A DNA stretch of 64,000 nt from NCBI RefSeq assembly GCF_009914755.1, contig NC_060932.1, one strand, 5' to 3'. This DNA is from the human T2T-CHM13v2.0 reference genome, Homo sapiens. Shown piece after piece: positions 1-11,599 of the stretch. Within the stretch, counting starts at the first letter, position 1, and every line of letters begins with the position of its first letter. Made by a program: the position numbers and the translations under genes. The notes below the pieces were generated by a model. That model worked only from the letters and a program-made list of their open reading frames with translations. It was not told where the DNA came from and did no database searches.

Positions 1-559
1 AGAATGCTTCATTAATTTATAGTAACCAGGACATTTGAAAACAAACACTGATTGATGTTTTAGTCTCATCTTAAAATGCGTGAATGCTGATTTTATATAA
101 CTTTGAAAACACTCAAAAGAAGAAAAAAGTAAAAGCAACCACGAAGTCTTATACTAGAAAATATTCGGTTATGTTTTCTGTGTAAATCATTCTAATCTTG
201 CACACACATATATATAGAAATATTTATTTATTTTGTTTTGATTCTTAGCTTTTTTGCATGGTGATAATATTCTATATTCTATATCTGTGTCTATATTCTA
301 ATATTCTATATCTGCCTCTTTCTTGCCTATTATTACAACTGAGCATTTTCCAAATTAGTTACAAATTACTTCTTATTTTTAAGGACATTATAGCTTTATA
401 TCAACTGAGTATTCTGTGGTTTATAGCCATTCACTGGGTATCATTTCCACATTCCAACTATTATGAATAAGCTGTGATTACATCTTTGCTCATAAACTAT
501 TCCTCTGTATGCCCCTTTCAGAGTCTATTACCAAGTTAGTTACGTGTCTAGGTACATGT

Positions 560-690
560 CTGCTACTTGTCTGTTCACTCTGCACTATAAATCTGGAGGA
601 CAGGGATTGTGTTTTCCACCTCTGATCCTCCAGTACTCAGCACAGAGCCTGTGCTTATAGTAAGCAAGCAACAAAAGCTTGTGAGGACAA
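560..690 (+). mobile_element. L2 LINE 3' end remnant
   Basis: Resembles the L2 3' terminus: 'ggaggacagggattgtgtt...cagtactcagcacagagcctg...tagtaagc'. Confidence 0.6.
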
Positions 691-2146
691 AAATCGCTGA
701 TCACTTAGGCACCTATACAGTACCCTACAGAAACAGAATTACAAAAAAAAAAAAATAGTGTTCATGCTAAGGACTTAGAGCAAAACACACCAGTGATTAC
801 TAGGGAGCCCAAGGATGCCAGATTACTGATGGCAGTCTTCTTAGCAGTGGATGAGCTGACCCATAAAAACACCTGTTCACCTGGCCTTGGCAATGTGTTG
901 GTGCCTATTTCCAAGTAACTGGTCTGTTATAGGAATTCCTTTTCTGAGTACAGCTTAGTCAGGTACAGCTGAGGTTCTTATTGATATCTCTGACTCAAGT
1001 TCCTTTGAACGAACCAACAGGACTTGCTAAAATGCCCACAAGTTTCCTGGGTTTACATATGGATCTAGAGATTTGTTTACATACCTGTCTCTTTGCCTCC
1101 CTGTTTAATTTCCTACCCCTCATTGTGAGCTCTTTGAAGGCAGAAATCAAATCTTACCTATCTTGCTTTGCCCATTATTTAGCATTTAGAACAGAAGACA
1201 TGGAGTTCAAATTTGAACTCAGCCTATATGATTCTGAGCCCTGGGATATTTCATTTATTCAACAAATATTTATTGAGAGTCTGCTATGTACATGGTTATA
1301 TGCCACCTGCTAGATACAGAGATGTCAACACAGAAGGGGCAATTGGGTGATGGCCACCACAATCCTCTAGGTACGTAAACAAAATCCTGGCTGAATCTAG
1401 CCCAAAGATAATGTTGAAACAAATTGAACTTAGACTTCCTTTGACTGGAAAATTAGAGTGTCTGAATCTTCAACAAAATGTCTAGAATAAATGGTTTAGT
1501 TATCTGATATCTTTAAAGGGCCTGAATAATTTGGTGGCAGTGAGAACACAGGTCCTACTCCTTTGTCTTACCTGGAGCATTTTAAGTTGCAACTTCCATC
1601 GACCAGAAATTAGTAGTCATGATGCTGACCTACTCTGGGGACCCTGGAAAGATTAAGCTATAGTCACAGATTGCTGTGATTAACTGGAGGTGGTGCTCTC
1701 AGGCTTACACTGTTCTCCTTCAGGCTGGCTTCCCATGCAAATCAGTCATATTTGAATAAATGGCTCATATTCCCTTTAACACAGAGAATCCCCAGAAACA
1801 TGGAAAAGGGTCAATTTGTGACCCAGGAAGGGGAAAATTCTCAAAGAGAAAGACAATACTCAAGATCAGGTTGGGTTTAATCAGCCATGTTGAGAGAAAC
1901 AAAAATTATTAAAGCTATCCACTCCTTAGGGCACTAGATCTTTCAGGAGACATCCCTTCCCTCTTCTTCTACCCAACTCTTCAATGTTTTTGCTTGTCCT
2001 ACTTTCTCAGTGTCTTTTTCATCGAGGAGCCTGCATCCAGGGGCTCTCAAAGTCTCTGCTCCAACCCAGGCTTTGTCATATATGTGTTATATTACTTTGA
2101 TTGAGCATCAGTTTCTGCATCTAAAAAACAGAGATTAAAATGCCAA

Positions 2147-2861
2147 TTTATTAGCTTCCTAGGGTCGCTATAACTGAGAACCATAAACTGAGTGGCTCAA
2201 ATAACAAAAATTTATTATCTCACAGTTCTAGAGGCTAGAAGTTCAAGATCAAGGTATCAGAAGGTGTCTTATTCTGTCACTTGAGCTGGAGTACAGTGGC
2301 GTAATCATAGCTCACTGCAGCCTCCAACTTCTGGGCTCAAGCAATACTTCTTCCTCAGCCTCTTGAGTAGCTGAGATTAGAGACACATGCCATCATACCC
2401 AGCTAATTGTTTGTATTGTTTCTGGAGGTGTGGCCTCACTATGTTGCCCAGGCTGGACATTAACTCCTAGCCTCAAGTGATCCTTCCACCTCAGCCTGCC
2501 AGTGCACTGGGATTACAGGCATGAGCCACCATGCCCAGCCAAGGATTGGTTCCTTCTAAGGACAGTGAGGAATAACCTCTTCCAGGCCTTCTCCTAGCTT
2601 CTGGTAGCCTCAGGCATCCTTTGGCTTATAGGTGGTATTAGTCTTGTGTCTTCATACTGTCCTCCCTCTGTGCATGTCTGTCTCCAGACTTCCCCTTTTT
2701 ATAAGGACACAATCACATTGGATTAAAGATCACCCTAATGACATCATTTTAACTTGATTGTTTCTACAGAGACCCTATTTCCAAATAAAGTCACATTCAA
2801 CAGCACTGGGAGGTTAGGGCTTCAACATAATGTTTGAGATGAAAAGATTCAGCCCATAATA
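2147..2861 (-). mobile_element. MaLR solo LTR (MLT1B/C-like) interrupted by an AluJ
   Basis: Termini 'tttattagcttcctaggg...' and '...ttcagcccataata'; perfect 5-bp TSD gccaa at 2142-2146 and 2862-2866; inserted into a MIR. Confidence 0.85.
2265..2540 (-). mobile_element. AluJ lacking a poly(A) tail
   Basis: AluJ-type motifs 'atcatagctcactgcagcctc', 'ctcaagtgatcc', ends 'atgcccagcc'; no T-tract at the left end. Confidence 0.9.
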
Positions 2862-3496
2862 GCCAACTTCATACCATCTTTATAGCAATTAAATGTTCTA
2901 AAGTGTGAAAAATGGCATGTGCCTAATAGGTGCTCAAAAAAAACTACACCCTTACACCCTTTCCTTCCTTTTCCTTTCAGCTTTGCTTTTTTGCCTTACC
3001 TGAATCATTTTTTTCTCTTGGTACCCTAAAATAAGCTTTTCTCCCAAAACACATTTTTTGTCACTGCTTTCTTCAATCTAGGCTTTGCAAGAATATGAGG
3101 GTATAACCGAACATAGTGCTGTGTACTTACTAGGTGCTCAGTAAACATTTTACAGTGAAAGGTTTCATTTTTTTTTAAGTACCCTGATACTTACATTTTT
3201 CAAAAATATATTTTCAATGGAATGAGTGAGAATGTAATGGTATAATGTTAAATATGAATTAATTAAAAGCACATTTAGCTTTGAATCTGTGTGTTGGATA
3301 TATAAAGCGCTATGGTGTTTAGGTGCACAAAATGTTAAAAGGCAGTCACATTCATTTCATTATTTTGAGAGAATAAAATGAGATCATGTATGTAGAGCGT
3401 TTGACACTAGTAGGCACTCAGTAAATAGGATTTATATTTGTTGTTTTTGTTGCTAAGTCGTGGACACTACTCTCTAGGAGCTGTCAAATGAGATAG

Positions 3497-3977
3497 TGTA
3501 ACCAGAATAGACAACCTGCTTCAAAGATAAATAGCCTCTCCCTTTGCTTTCTTCAATCTCTAATCATATGCTTATTTAAGAATTCCAGGGGCTAATCTTG
3601 AAATGACCTAGGCATGAAGTTGAGATCACAGAATCTTTCCTTCCCAGAAAAATTGTTGGGCAGTAGTTAACTTATAACCTGAGAACAGTCAAGATGATGC
3701 CAGCCAGACCTCCAAATGGTCCATTACTCAAGAGAGCCATCAGAATCAGACAAGCAGACCTGCACCCCGCACCGCTCTGGCACATAGTTTCTATGCCACC
3801 TTCTCCCTTAAAATCACTTTGGCTACCCTGAGAATTTGCAGTGTTCTTTGAGACATTAGTTCACCATCTCCTCAGGTTGTCAGCTGGATGTATTCAAATA
3901 AACCTGTTTTTCCTTCCACCAACTCTTGTCTCTTGAATCTAGCTTTCAAGCAGTGAACAGCAGAACCTGAGTTTCCA
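3497..3977 (+). mobile_element. ERV solo LTR (subfamily uncertain, LTR47-like)
   Basis: Starts TGTAAC, ends CA; AATAAA near 3897 followed by U5-like sequence; atag on both flanks (3493-3496, 3978-3981). Confidence 0.65.
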
Positions 3978-4639
3978 ATAGTAAAGGGTACCACAGAAAC
4001 ACTGAGGAAGGAGGAATCCCTCTAGGCCTGGGAACATTTCTAGGAGTCAAAGACTTTATCAGCTCAACATGCAGAGGAAGGAAAGCTCAAGACAGTCAGT
4101 AATAGCATGTACAAAGGCAGAAAGAACGGGGCAAACACTACATGTTCTGAAACTTGTCTGTCAACTCACCTCTGCTGGAGTATAAAGTACCTATTTCACA
4201 TATATGGACAATCAGTTGGAGAGTTCAGCAGGACCGATCAGTCATGGAAGTCTACATATGAGACTTGTATAAGAGGTCAGGAGTTTGTCCCAAAAATGAT
4301 GGGGAAATCACCGGAGATTTATAAGTAGGAAGTAGCTACATTTATCCAGTCAGTCAAGAATTCATTCGTATAACAAACATTGCTATTTGTTATACTAAGT
4401 TTTGTGCTAGTTTTGGGGTAATAAAAGATGAAAAAGACATAGATCCTATCCTGGTTAGGTTTGGAATTGCATTTATAATATGGGCTTTTCAGTTATTCCA
4501 AGTGGAATATTCCTAATTCTCTAGGCTTTGGATTTTTCCTTTGTAACATGGCAATATTAGACAAAATTGCTAAGGGTCATTCCTGGGAAAGTTTTACAAA
4601 TTCCAGAGAATAAAGGCAGAGTTTGCTTTACACTGGAGG

Positions 4640-4895
4640 CTTTATAATATAGTGCTTAGACGTAAGGGCTGTAAAGTTAGAAAGACTGTGGTTCAAAGTC
4701 AAGCTTCATTGCTAATCATTTACCACTAATTATATTTCACCAAATTACTTAACTTTTCTAAACTTCAGTAACCTCATCTACAAAGCAAGACTATCAATAC
4801 ACACTTTGAGGGGATGTTATAAGCATTCAATATGAAAATAATGTGAGCCACTTAGAGAAAAGCCTAGCACATATGAATACTCAATGCATAAATGG
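4640..4895 (+). mobile_element. MIR SINE
   Basis: B-box-like 'ggttcaaagtc', core 'ttacttaacttttctaaacttcagtaacctcatct', 3' 'cctagcacatatgaatactcaat'. Confidence 0.75.
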
Positions 4896-4907
4896 CAGAC
4901 ACAGAAC

Positions 4908-5070
4908 TCATATATATATAAACTCATGTCTATACTATATATATATTCTATATACATAAATCCTATATGTGTACCATGTATATACATACATAGGGATATA
5001 TCATGTGTGTGTATATATGCTATATACATACAGTTCATCACATATGTATATGAACATTCAGATATATTAA
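4908..5070. repeat. Degenerate (TA/TACA)n low-complexity tract
   Basis: Alternating purine-pyrimidine AT-rich repeats; source of the spurious Y/I-rich ORFs. Confidence 0.85.
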
Positions 5071-5091
5071 CCTGTATTTGGGTTGGATTAT

Positions 5092-5435
5092 TGTGTTAGT
5101 CCATTTTCACACTGCTGATAAAGACATACCCAAGACTGGGAAGAAAAAGAGATTTAATGGATTTACAGTTCCACCTGGCAAGGGAGGCCTCAAAATCATG
5201 ACAGAAGGTGAAAGGCACTTCTTACCTGGCAGCAGCAAGAGAGAGAATGAGACAGAAGTGAAAGCGGAAACCCCTTATACATCTTGTGAGACTTATTCAC
5301 TACCACAAGAACATGGAGGAAACTGCCCCCGTGATTCAATTACCTCCCACTGGGCCCCTCCCACAGCACATGGGAATTATGGGAGTACAATTCAAGATGA
5401 GATTTGGGTGAGGACACAGAGCGAAAACATTATCA
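5092..5435 (-). mobile_element. THE1 MaLR solo LTR
   Basis: 'tgtgttagtccattttcacactgctgataaagacataccc...gatttgggtgaggacacag...atca' is reverse-complement THE1; perfect 5-bp TSD attat (5087-5091, 5436-5440). Confidence 0.95.
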
Positions 5436-6871
5436 ATTATTAATGCTTATTTTTTAAAAAGCAATGCACATATTGGTAATTACATCTTCTAGTACTTCTG
5501 ATATGCACCAAGAAACCGAAATCAACTTCAGAAGGTAGAAGTTGTTTTCCTCAAAGGGTATCTTTGTCTTATCTGGCTAAATATAAAGAAATGGCTTGTA
5601 ATAATTTATAAATGTCTGATTACTCAACAAACACCTTGCAAATATTCCACTGTTGGGAACTGGATTTGCTCATCATATGCTTAAATTAATATTTTAACAT
5701 AATTTAATGTAAATGGTAATCTGATAAATATGAATCCAAGCCAAACATTAAATAATTTATGCGACTTGACTTGCTGAAAAGAAGAAATGGCTTGTGATTG
5801 CTTAGTACATATGAAATATTTATGTATCATGCTACCTGGAGAAATTAAAGCATTCTGTGCTTCTGGCCTGTCCCTTCAACGAAAGATGTGCTAATAACAT
5901 TGTATATGTTGAAGAGACTAGAGAAGAGATATGTCAAATAATCTATCTTGTACTCCCTGCCACTTGGCCACAGATGCCCCCCCAACCTAGCCAATATGAG
6001 CCCTAACTTCAAATCACATCAGCAACCACTCCTTCATATTTGCTGCAGACACTAGGTTGTCTTGTTGCAGGAAATCAGAATAGCTAGGGCTTTCTTATGA
6101 TCGTAACATACCAAGGAGAAAACAAAGAGGACTCTTGTACCTACTGATAATGAAGTAGGCTTTACTATACAGCATGATTTCATGCATATTTATTACTTGA
6201 ATGGGTTTGCCTAGAGCAAAAACTTAGTAGACAATGATTACACTTTTGGGCAAGGCACTATACCAAAAATGTGAGATATAAGTGATTCAATAATGAAGTC
6301 AAACTGGTATCATGTGCCTGTAATGTGCAAGGCAATGAAAATACAGGCTGAGAAGCTGCTTCTGCAATGCAGCCTTAATTCATGAGTGTAAATGATGCAA
6401 TCTGAAGATCTAAAATTCAACAGAAGGTGGAAATGTGCTAAGAACATAATTGGGGATTAAAACCTAGTCCAGTGTTGACTTAGGAACCACAGAAGCAACC
6501 CCTGACTCATGCCCCAGATTGGCAGGAGATCCTGCAATAGGAGAATTCCTTCAATTGGAAGAACACATTATTGATATTTGGCTCATCACTGGGTTTTTTA
6601 CTTAGCTGAATAAGGTGAGAGATGAATTGCAAGAAAATAAAAATAAAAGTGGTGGTTTTATTTACTGGTTATAAAGGAAAGGAAAAGCACAGTCACTAAG
6701 AAAAAATTGGGAAAAAAAGAATTCTCAGGTAGATATTTTGACAAGATTTTGCCACATGTTGTGATGAAATCCACAAAATCTTCAGTAAATCTTATCTTAC
6801 TTAATGATGCTTCCTTTTGTAAACATTAGTGCTAATAACTGATATATATCCAGTCCTCCTCTTTTTTCAGG

Positions 6872-7424
6872 TGAAGAAAATCAAAATATTTTATCTCAGA
6901 ATATATTTATTTGGCATATTTTGAAATAGTTGCCACAGAGCCAGCAGACTGCAGTGGCCCCACAAAGCTGTCTTTTGTGGGGGCAATTTACATCTGTAGA
7001 GAATCATCACTAATACAGCCAGGTCTTTCTTTTCTAGGCTTTTTCCTGAACTGGGAAATATTAACTGAGAGTCTGGCACCATTAAAGTTCTGAAAAGGAA
7101 CATTTACCATCTATTGTCTCTGACAGCTGCTACCTATAGGGTTCATCTACATAACAAGACCCCCTTTGCTAGCCAAGCCTCTTTCTCTCTTCCAAAACCC
7201 TTCCTGCCAATAAAACCTGTTATTGTCCATGCTCTGAGACCACATTCTTTCTATAACTTCAAGATCGCATATAAATTTCTGTCCCTTCTTGGGAGTTTGG
7301 GTCTTCATTCTAAAGGCTCTCATGTATTCATGTTAAATAAATTTGTATGCCTTTTCTCCTATTAATCGATCTGCCTCATGTCAGTGATTGTTCAGTGAGT
7401 TTTTAGAGGGCCTTGGTCCCCAAA
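6872..7424 (+). mobile_element. ERV1 solo LTR, MER39/MER34-like
   Basis: Start 'tgaagaaaatcaaaatatttt...catattttgaaatag', AATAAA at 7336, end 'ccttggtccccaaa'; 4-bp TSD cagg (6868-6871, 7425-7428). Confidence 0.8.
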
Positions 7425-7439
7425 CAGGCATATTGAGGA

Positions 7440-8258
7440 CTAAATTTGTTGACCTCTTGGTGGTTGGCTAAGACCATGTTATTAGTTTTCTAGGGCTGCT
7501 GTAACATAGTACCACAAACTGGGTGTCTTAAAACAACAGACATGTTTGGTCTCCCAGTTCTGGGGGCTATATGTAATTAAGGTGCCTGAAGGCTGTGCTC
7601 CCTCTGGAACATTTAGGGGAGAATGCTTTCTTGCCTCTTCTTAGCTTCTGGTATTTGAATGGCATTGGAATGCCTGTGACTGGTACTGGAATGCAAGGAA
7701 TCCTTGGCTTGCAGCTGCAGCTCTGCAATCTGTTCCTCTATCATCATATGGCCTTCTTTCCTCATGTGTCTGTGCTTGGGTTTTCTCCTCTTCTTATAAG
7801 AACCCCATTCATATTGGATTAGGGCCCACTCTACATGAGAATGACCTCGTCTTAACTTGATTACACCTGCAAAGACCCTACTTCCATATAAGATCAAATT
7901 TATAGGTACTGGGTTTAGGACAGCCACATACCATTTAGGTAAACACAATTCAACTCATAACAAACCACATATATGGTTCTGGCCAATAAATGTGAGCAGA
8001 AGTAACATGCGTCTTTTCCAGGCTATAGCACTCAAATAGTGGTGGAAGACCTGATGCGGTCTTCTCTATGCATGTTTCCTTCCAACATTCCCAGTGGTGA
8101 CTATTTTTTCAGCATGGGTTGTGTAGTGAAAACAGCACAGAGCTAATTTCTAGTAGACATACAGTATGAGTAAATAATATATCTCTACTGTCTTAAGCCA
8201 TTGCAATTTGGAGTTGTTTGTTACTATGGCATAATTTGGCCTATCCTGACTGATATAC
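7440..8258 (+). mobile_element. Old MaLR LTR (MLT1I/J/K-like) split by a younger MLT1
   Basis: 'ttctggccaataaatgtgagcagaag' and 3' end 'ttaagccattgcaatttggagttgtttgttact...cctatcctgactgatata'. Confidence 0.7.
7477..7962 (-). mobile_element. MaLR solo LTR (MLT1C-like)
   Basis: 'tgttattagttttctagggctgctgtaacatagtaccacaaactggg...aattcaactcataaca'; TSD gacca/aacca. Confidence 0.85.
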
Positions 8259-8578
8259 TTCTAGTGTAGGAGTCTTGGCTTGAGGAGGAAATGAAGTGAT
8301 AGTAAAACCTGTCCAAAGAAGATTGGAGACATTCAGGTTAATTTAATTAAAAGGCACTAAAATTTGAACAGGGGAAATGTAAGCAGAAGAATCCCTGGGG
8401 AAATTTCAAGTTAAAGACCTGAGCGGAATTAGTACTAAGAGCCAGTTCAGTATGAGATTTAGTTTCTGTTTTGTTTTGTTTTTAATGAAAAGAAGACCCT
8501 TGTATTGAGTTTATACAGTGAGCTGAGCTCATTTAATCCTCACAATAACCCCATGAAGCAAGCACTTTTTATAGATAC

Positions 8579-9155
8579 TGATATAGGAGTTAAGAAGGAA
8601 TTACTTAGGCAGATAGCAAGGGCATGGGAGTCCTCTGTAAGGCTTTTCTTTTTAATGAGAAGCAGCCCCACATCATTTTCTAACAAAGAGCAGTCTGCAA
8701 GCTGGGAGCTTGCATGGGTGAATGCCAGCAAGAACTAAGGGCTAGACATTTTCAAAATGGCGGCTCCATCTTCCCTTCTCTGCCAGCCACTGTGTACTAT
8801 AAGGAGCAGACAAGTTGGCACCAATCAACTGGAAAGCTCATTTGCATAATAAGATTAGGGTGGGGAGACCAGCCTTTTTCAAGTGCTATGTAAACGTCAT
8901 ACCTGATAGAACAAATCTATGAGCCCTATGTAAATCAAACACTCAAACTGAACTGTAAAACTTGGTGCATTCACCACTAGCCAGTCTTTTCTGTTCGGAG
9001 ACTCCTTCCCCTTTAGAGGAAGCTGTTTCTCTTTCTCTTCTGTTCTACCTATTAAACCTCTGCTTCTAAACCCCTTGTGTGTTTCCATGTCCTAAATTTT
9101 CCTGGCACATGACGACGAACCCCAGATTTATACCCTAGACAACTTAGCCGCTTCA
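8579..9155 (+). mobile_element. ERV1 solo LTR, MER50-like
   Basis: TG...CA termini ('tgatataggagttaagaaggaattacttaggcagatag' ... 'gccgcttca'); ATTAAA at 9051; flanks atac/acac. Confidence 0.75.
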
Positions 9156-11379
9156 ACACAACTCTTCCAACCTTGATCCTGATAGACAGAGTTTCAGCAT
9201 CCTAGGAATTTATCAAGAGCAAACATATGGTCAGGTAATTCAAACAGTAGAAAGAGTGTGAAAGAACTAAGAAAGGGACAAAAAGGACCACAGTATAGTA
9301 GAGAAAAAGGAGATTAATCTCAGCAGGAATGGCGGTGGGAAATCTGGTATATCATCTAAAAAGGACAAGATGTGCACAGAAGCTTTAAGCATAAATAGGA
9401 TTTTCACAAATGGTGAAGAAAAGGTGCCAAAGGAATTCAGGGAGGAAGAATTGACATAGCAAAAAACACAACAGTGAGAAAACACAGGCAATATATCAGA
9501 ATCGAAGAATATCTAGGTATTTTTAATTATTATCATAAAGATTTCATCACACATCAAATCACATTAGAGACGCTTTATTGGAAGTAGAGAGACTAGTTTG
9601 GTTCTGAGAGAGTTTAGATACACTTGGGGAGGGGCAGAGCAAGATGGCAGAATAGAGAGCTCCACTGATTGTTCCCCCAACAAGGACACCAATTTAACAA
9701 TTATCAAACATAATAAAAGGCATGGAAGAGGTAGGAGAAACAAATCACCAGTGCCACCCCTCTCTCATCCCCTGGCAGCAGCAGCATGGTGCAAAAAGCA
9801 TTTCAGTGTGTTGGGGAGAGAGAAAGAGCACAGAAATCATGAGGCGTTAAACTCAGTGCTGACCTATTATAGTAGAAAACAAAACAAAACCAAAATCAGC
9901 TGACATCTGCTTACAGAGGGAGCATTTAAGCCAGCCCCAGCCAGAGGGAAATCATCTATCTCAGTGGTCCATACTTGAGTTCCTGCAAGCCTCACCATCT
10001 TGGGATAAAGTACTCTGGGACTCTACATAAAATTGAAAGGCAGTCTAGGCCACAAGGACTGTAACTCCTAGGTGACTCCTGGTGCTGAACTGGGCTGAGA
10101 GCCAGTGGACTAGGAGGGCACATACCCTACTGAAACATCAGCTGAGACAGCAAAGGAAGTGTTGGCATCACCCCTCCCCTAAACCCAGGCAGCACAGCTC
10201 ATGGCTCCCAAAGAGAACCCTTCCCTCTACTTGAGGAGAGGAGCGAGAAGAGTGGGGAGGACTTTGTCTTGCATCTTGGATATGAGCTCAGCCACAGGAC
10301 GTACCAGTCAGAGTCATGAGGCCTCCTTTCCAAGCCTTGGCTCCCAGATGACAGTTCTAGACACAGCCTTAGCCATAAAGGAACCCACTGCCTTGAAGGG
10401 AAGGACCCAGTCCTGGAAAGATTCATCACCTGCTAACTGAAGACCCCTTAGTCCCTGAATAACCAGAAGCAGTGATACCCAGGTACCCTGTCAAGGGCCT
10501 TGATTGAGATACTGAGATTTGCTGGCTTCAGGTGTCAGCCGGTTACAGGGAAGAAGAGCACCAAGTAGGCTCTTGGGTCCTCAATACCAGGACTTGGCTC
10601 TCGGGTGGTATTTCTGGACCTACCATGGACCAGAGTCCACTGCCTTTATGGGTGAGTCCCAAGCCAGGCAGCATTCACCACAAGCTGACTGGAGAGCACT
10701 GGGCCTTAAGGGAACATAAGCAATAGTCTGGCAATACTCTTCATGGGTCTGTGGTGGTGGTGACCACAGGTGAAAGTCCTCTGCCTTTGGAAAGAGAGAA
10801 GAGTAGGAAGAAAAGTGACTTGTGCTTTGAGTGCCAGCTTAGCCTCAGTACAGTAGAATAACAGGTAGGCGTCTAAGGTTTGACTTTCATCCCTGGGTCC
10901 TAGATGGTACCTCTGGAACTGCCTGGCTTCTGGGAGAATTCACCACACTAAATGAAAGGACACAGGCCTTTCATTAATCATTTAGTTATGCATCTTAAAG
11001 AATTAGAAAAGCAAGAGCAAAGCAAACCCAAAATCAGCTTTGCCACCTGCTGATTGTAGAGCCCCAGGGCCTTGAACAAACATAGACAGTAGCAAGGGAG
11101 TGGGTACAACAGGCCTGGGGTGAGATCTAATACTGTACTGGCATCCAGCACCCTCCTAGTGGTGGTAGCCACAGGGGTGCTTGTGTCACTACACACCCAG
11201 GACCTAGTGGCTCAGAAAAGAGAGAGAGACAGAGAGAGAGAGAGACTCCACTTCTTTGGGAGAAAGTAAGGAAGGATAACAAGAGTCTCTGCCTGGTAAT
11301 ACAGAGAATGCTTCCAGATTGTGTCTAAGACCATCAAGGTGGTACATCCATGAATCTGCAAGAACCACAGTGTATCTGA

Positions 11380-11577
11380 GTTTGGGGTGCCTACTAAAAG
11401 AGATACAGCTTAGATCACAATTCCCAAGTCCACTGGAAAATCTGGAAAGCCTTCCCAGGAAGGACAGGTACAAACAAGGGTTAGGGTGCCTACTAAAAGA
11501 GATACAGCTTAGATCACAACACCCAAGTCCATTGGAAAATCTGGAAAGCCTTCCTAAAAATGACAGGTACAAACAAG
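11380..11577 (+). repeat. 99-bp tandem duplication, 2 copies
   Basis: 'gggtgcctactaaaagagatacagcttagatcacaa' at 11385 and 11484. Confidence 0.95.
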
Positions 11578-11599
11578 TCCAGATTGAGAAGACTACAGT

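Noticed and set aside
1584-1595. Perfect 12-bp palindrome aagttgcaactt
   Set aside because: Many palindromes of this length are expected by chance in 64 kb.
5078-5443. 121-aa ORF
   Set aside because: It lies almost wholly within the THE1 LTR and has a non-ATG start.
6957-6984. Hairpin ccccacaaag...ctttgtgggg-like
   Set aside because: It is internal to the MER39-like LTR and probably inherited from the family consensus.
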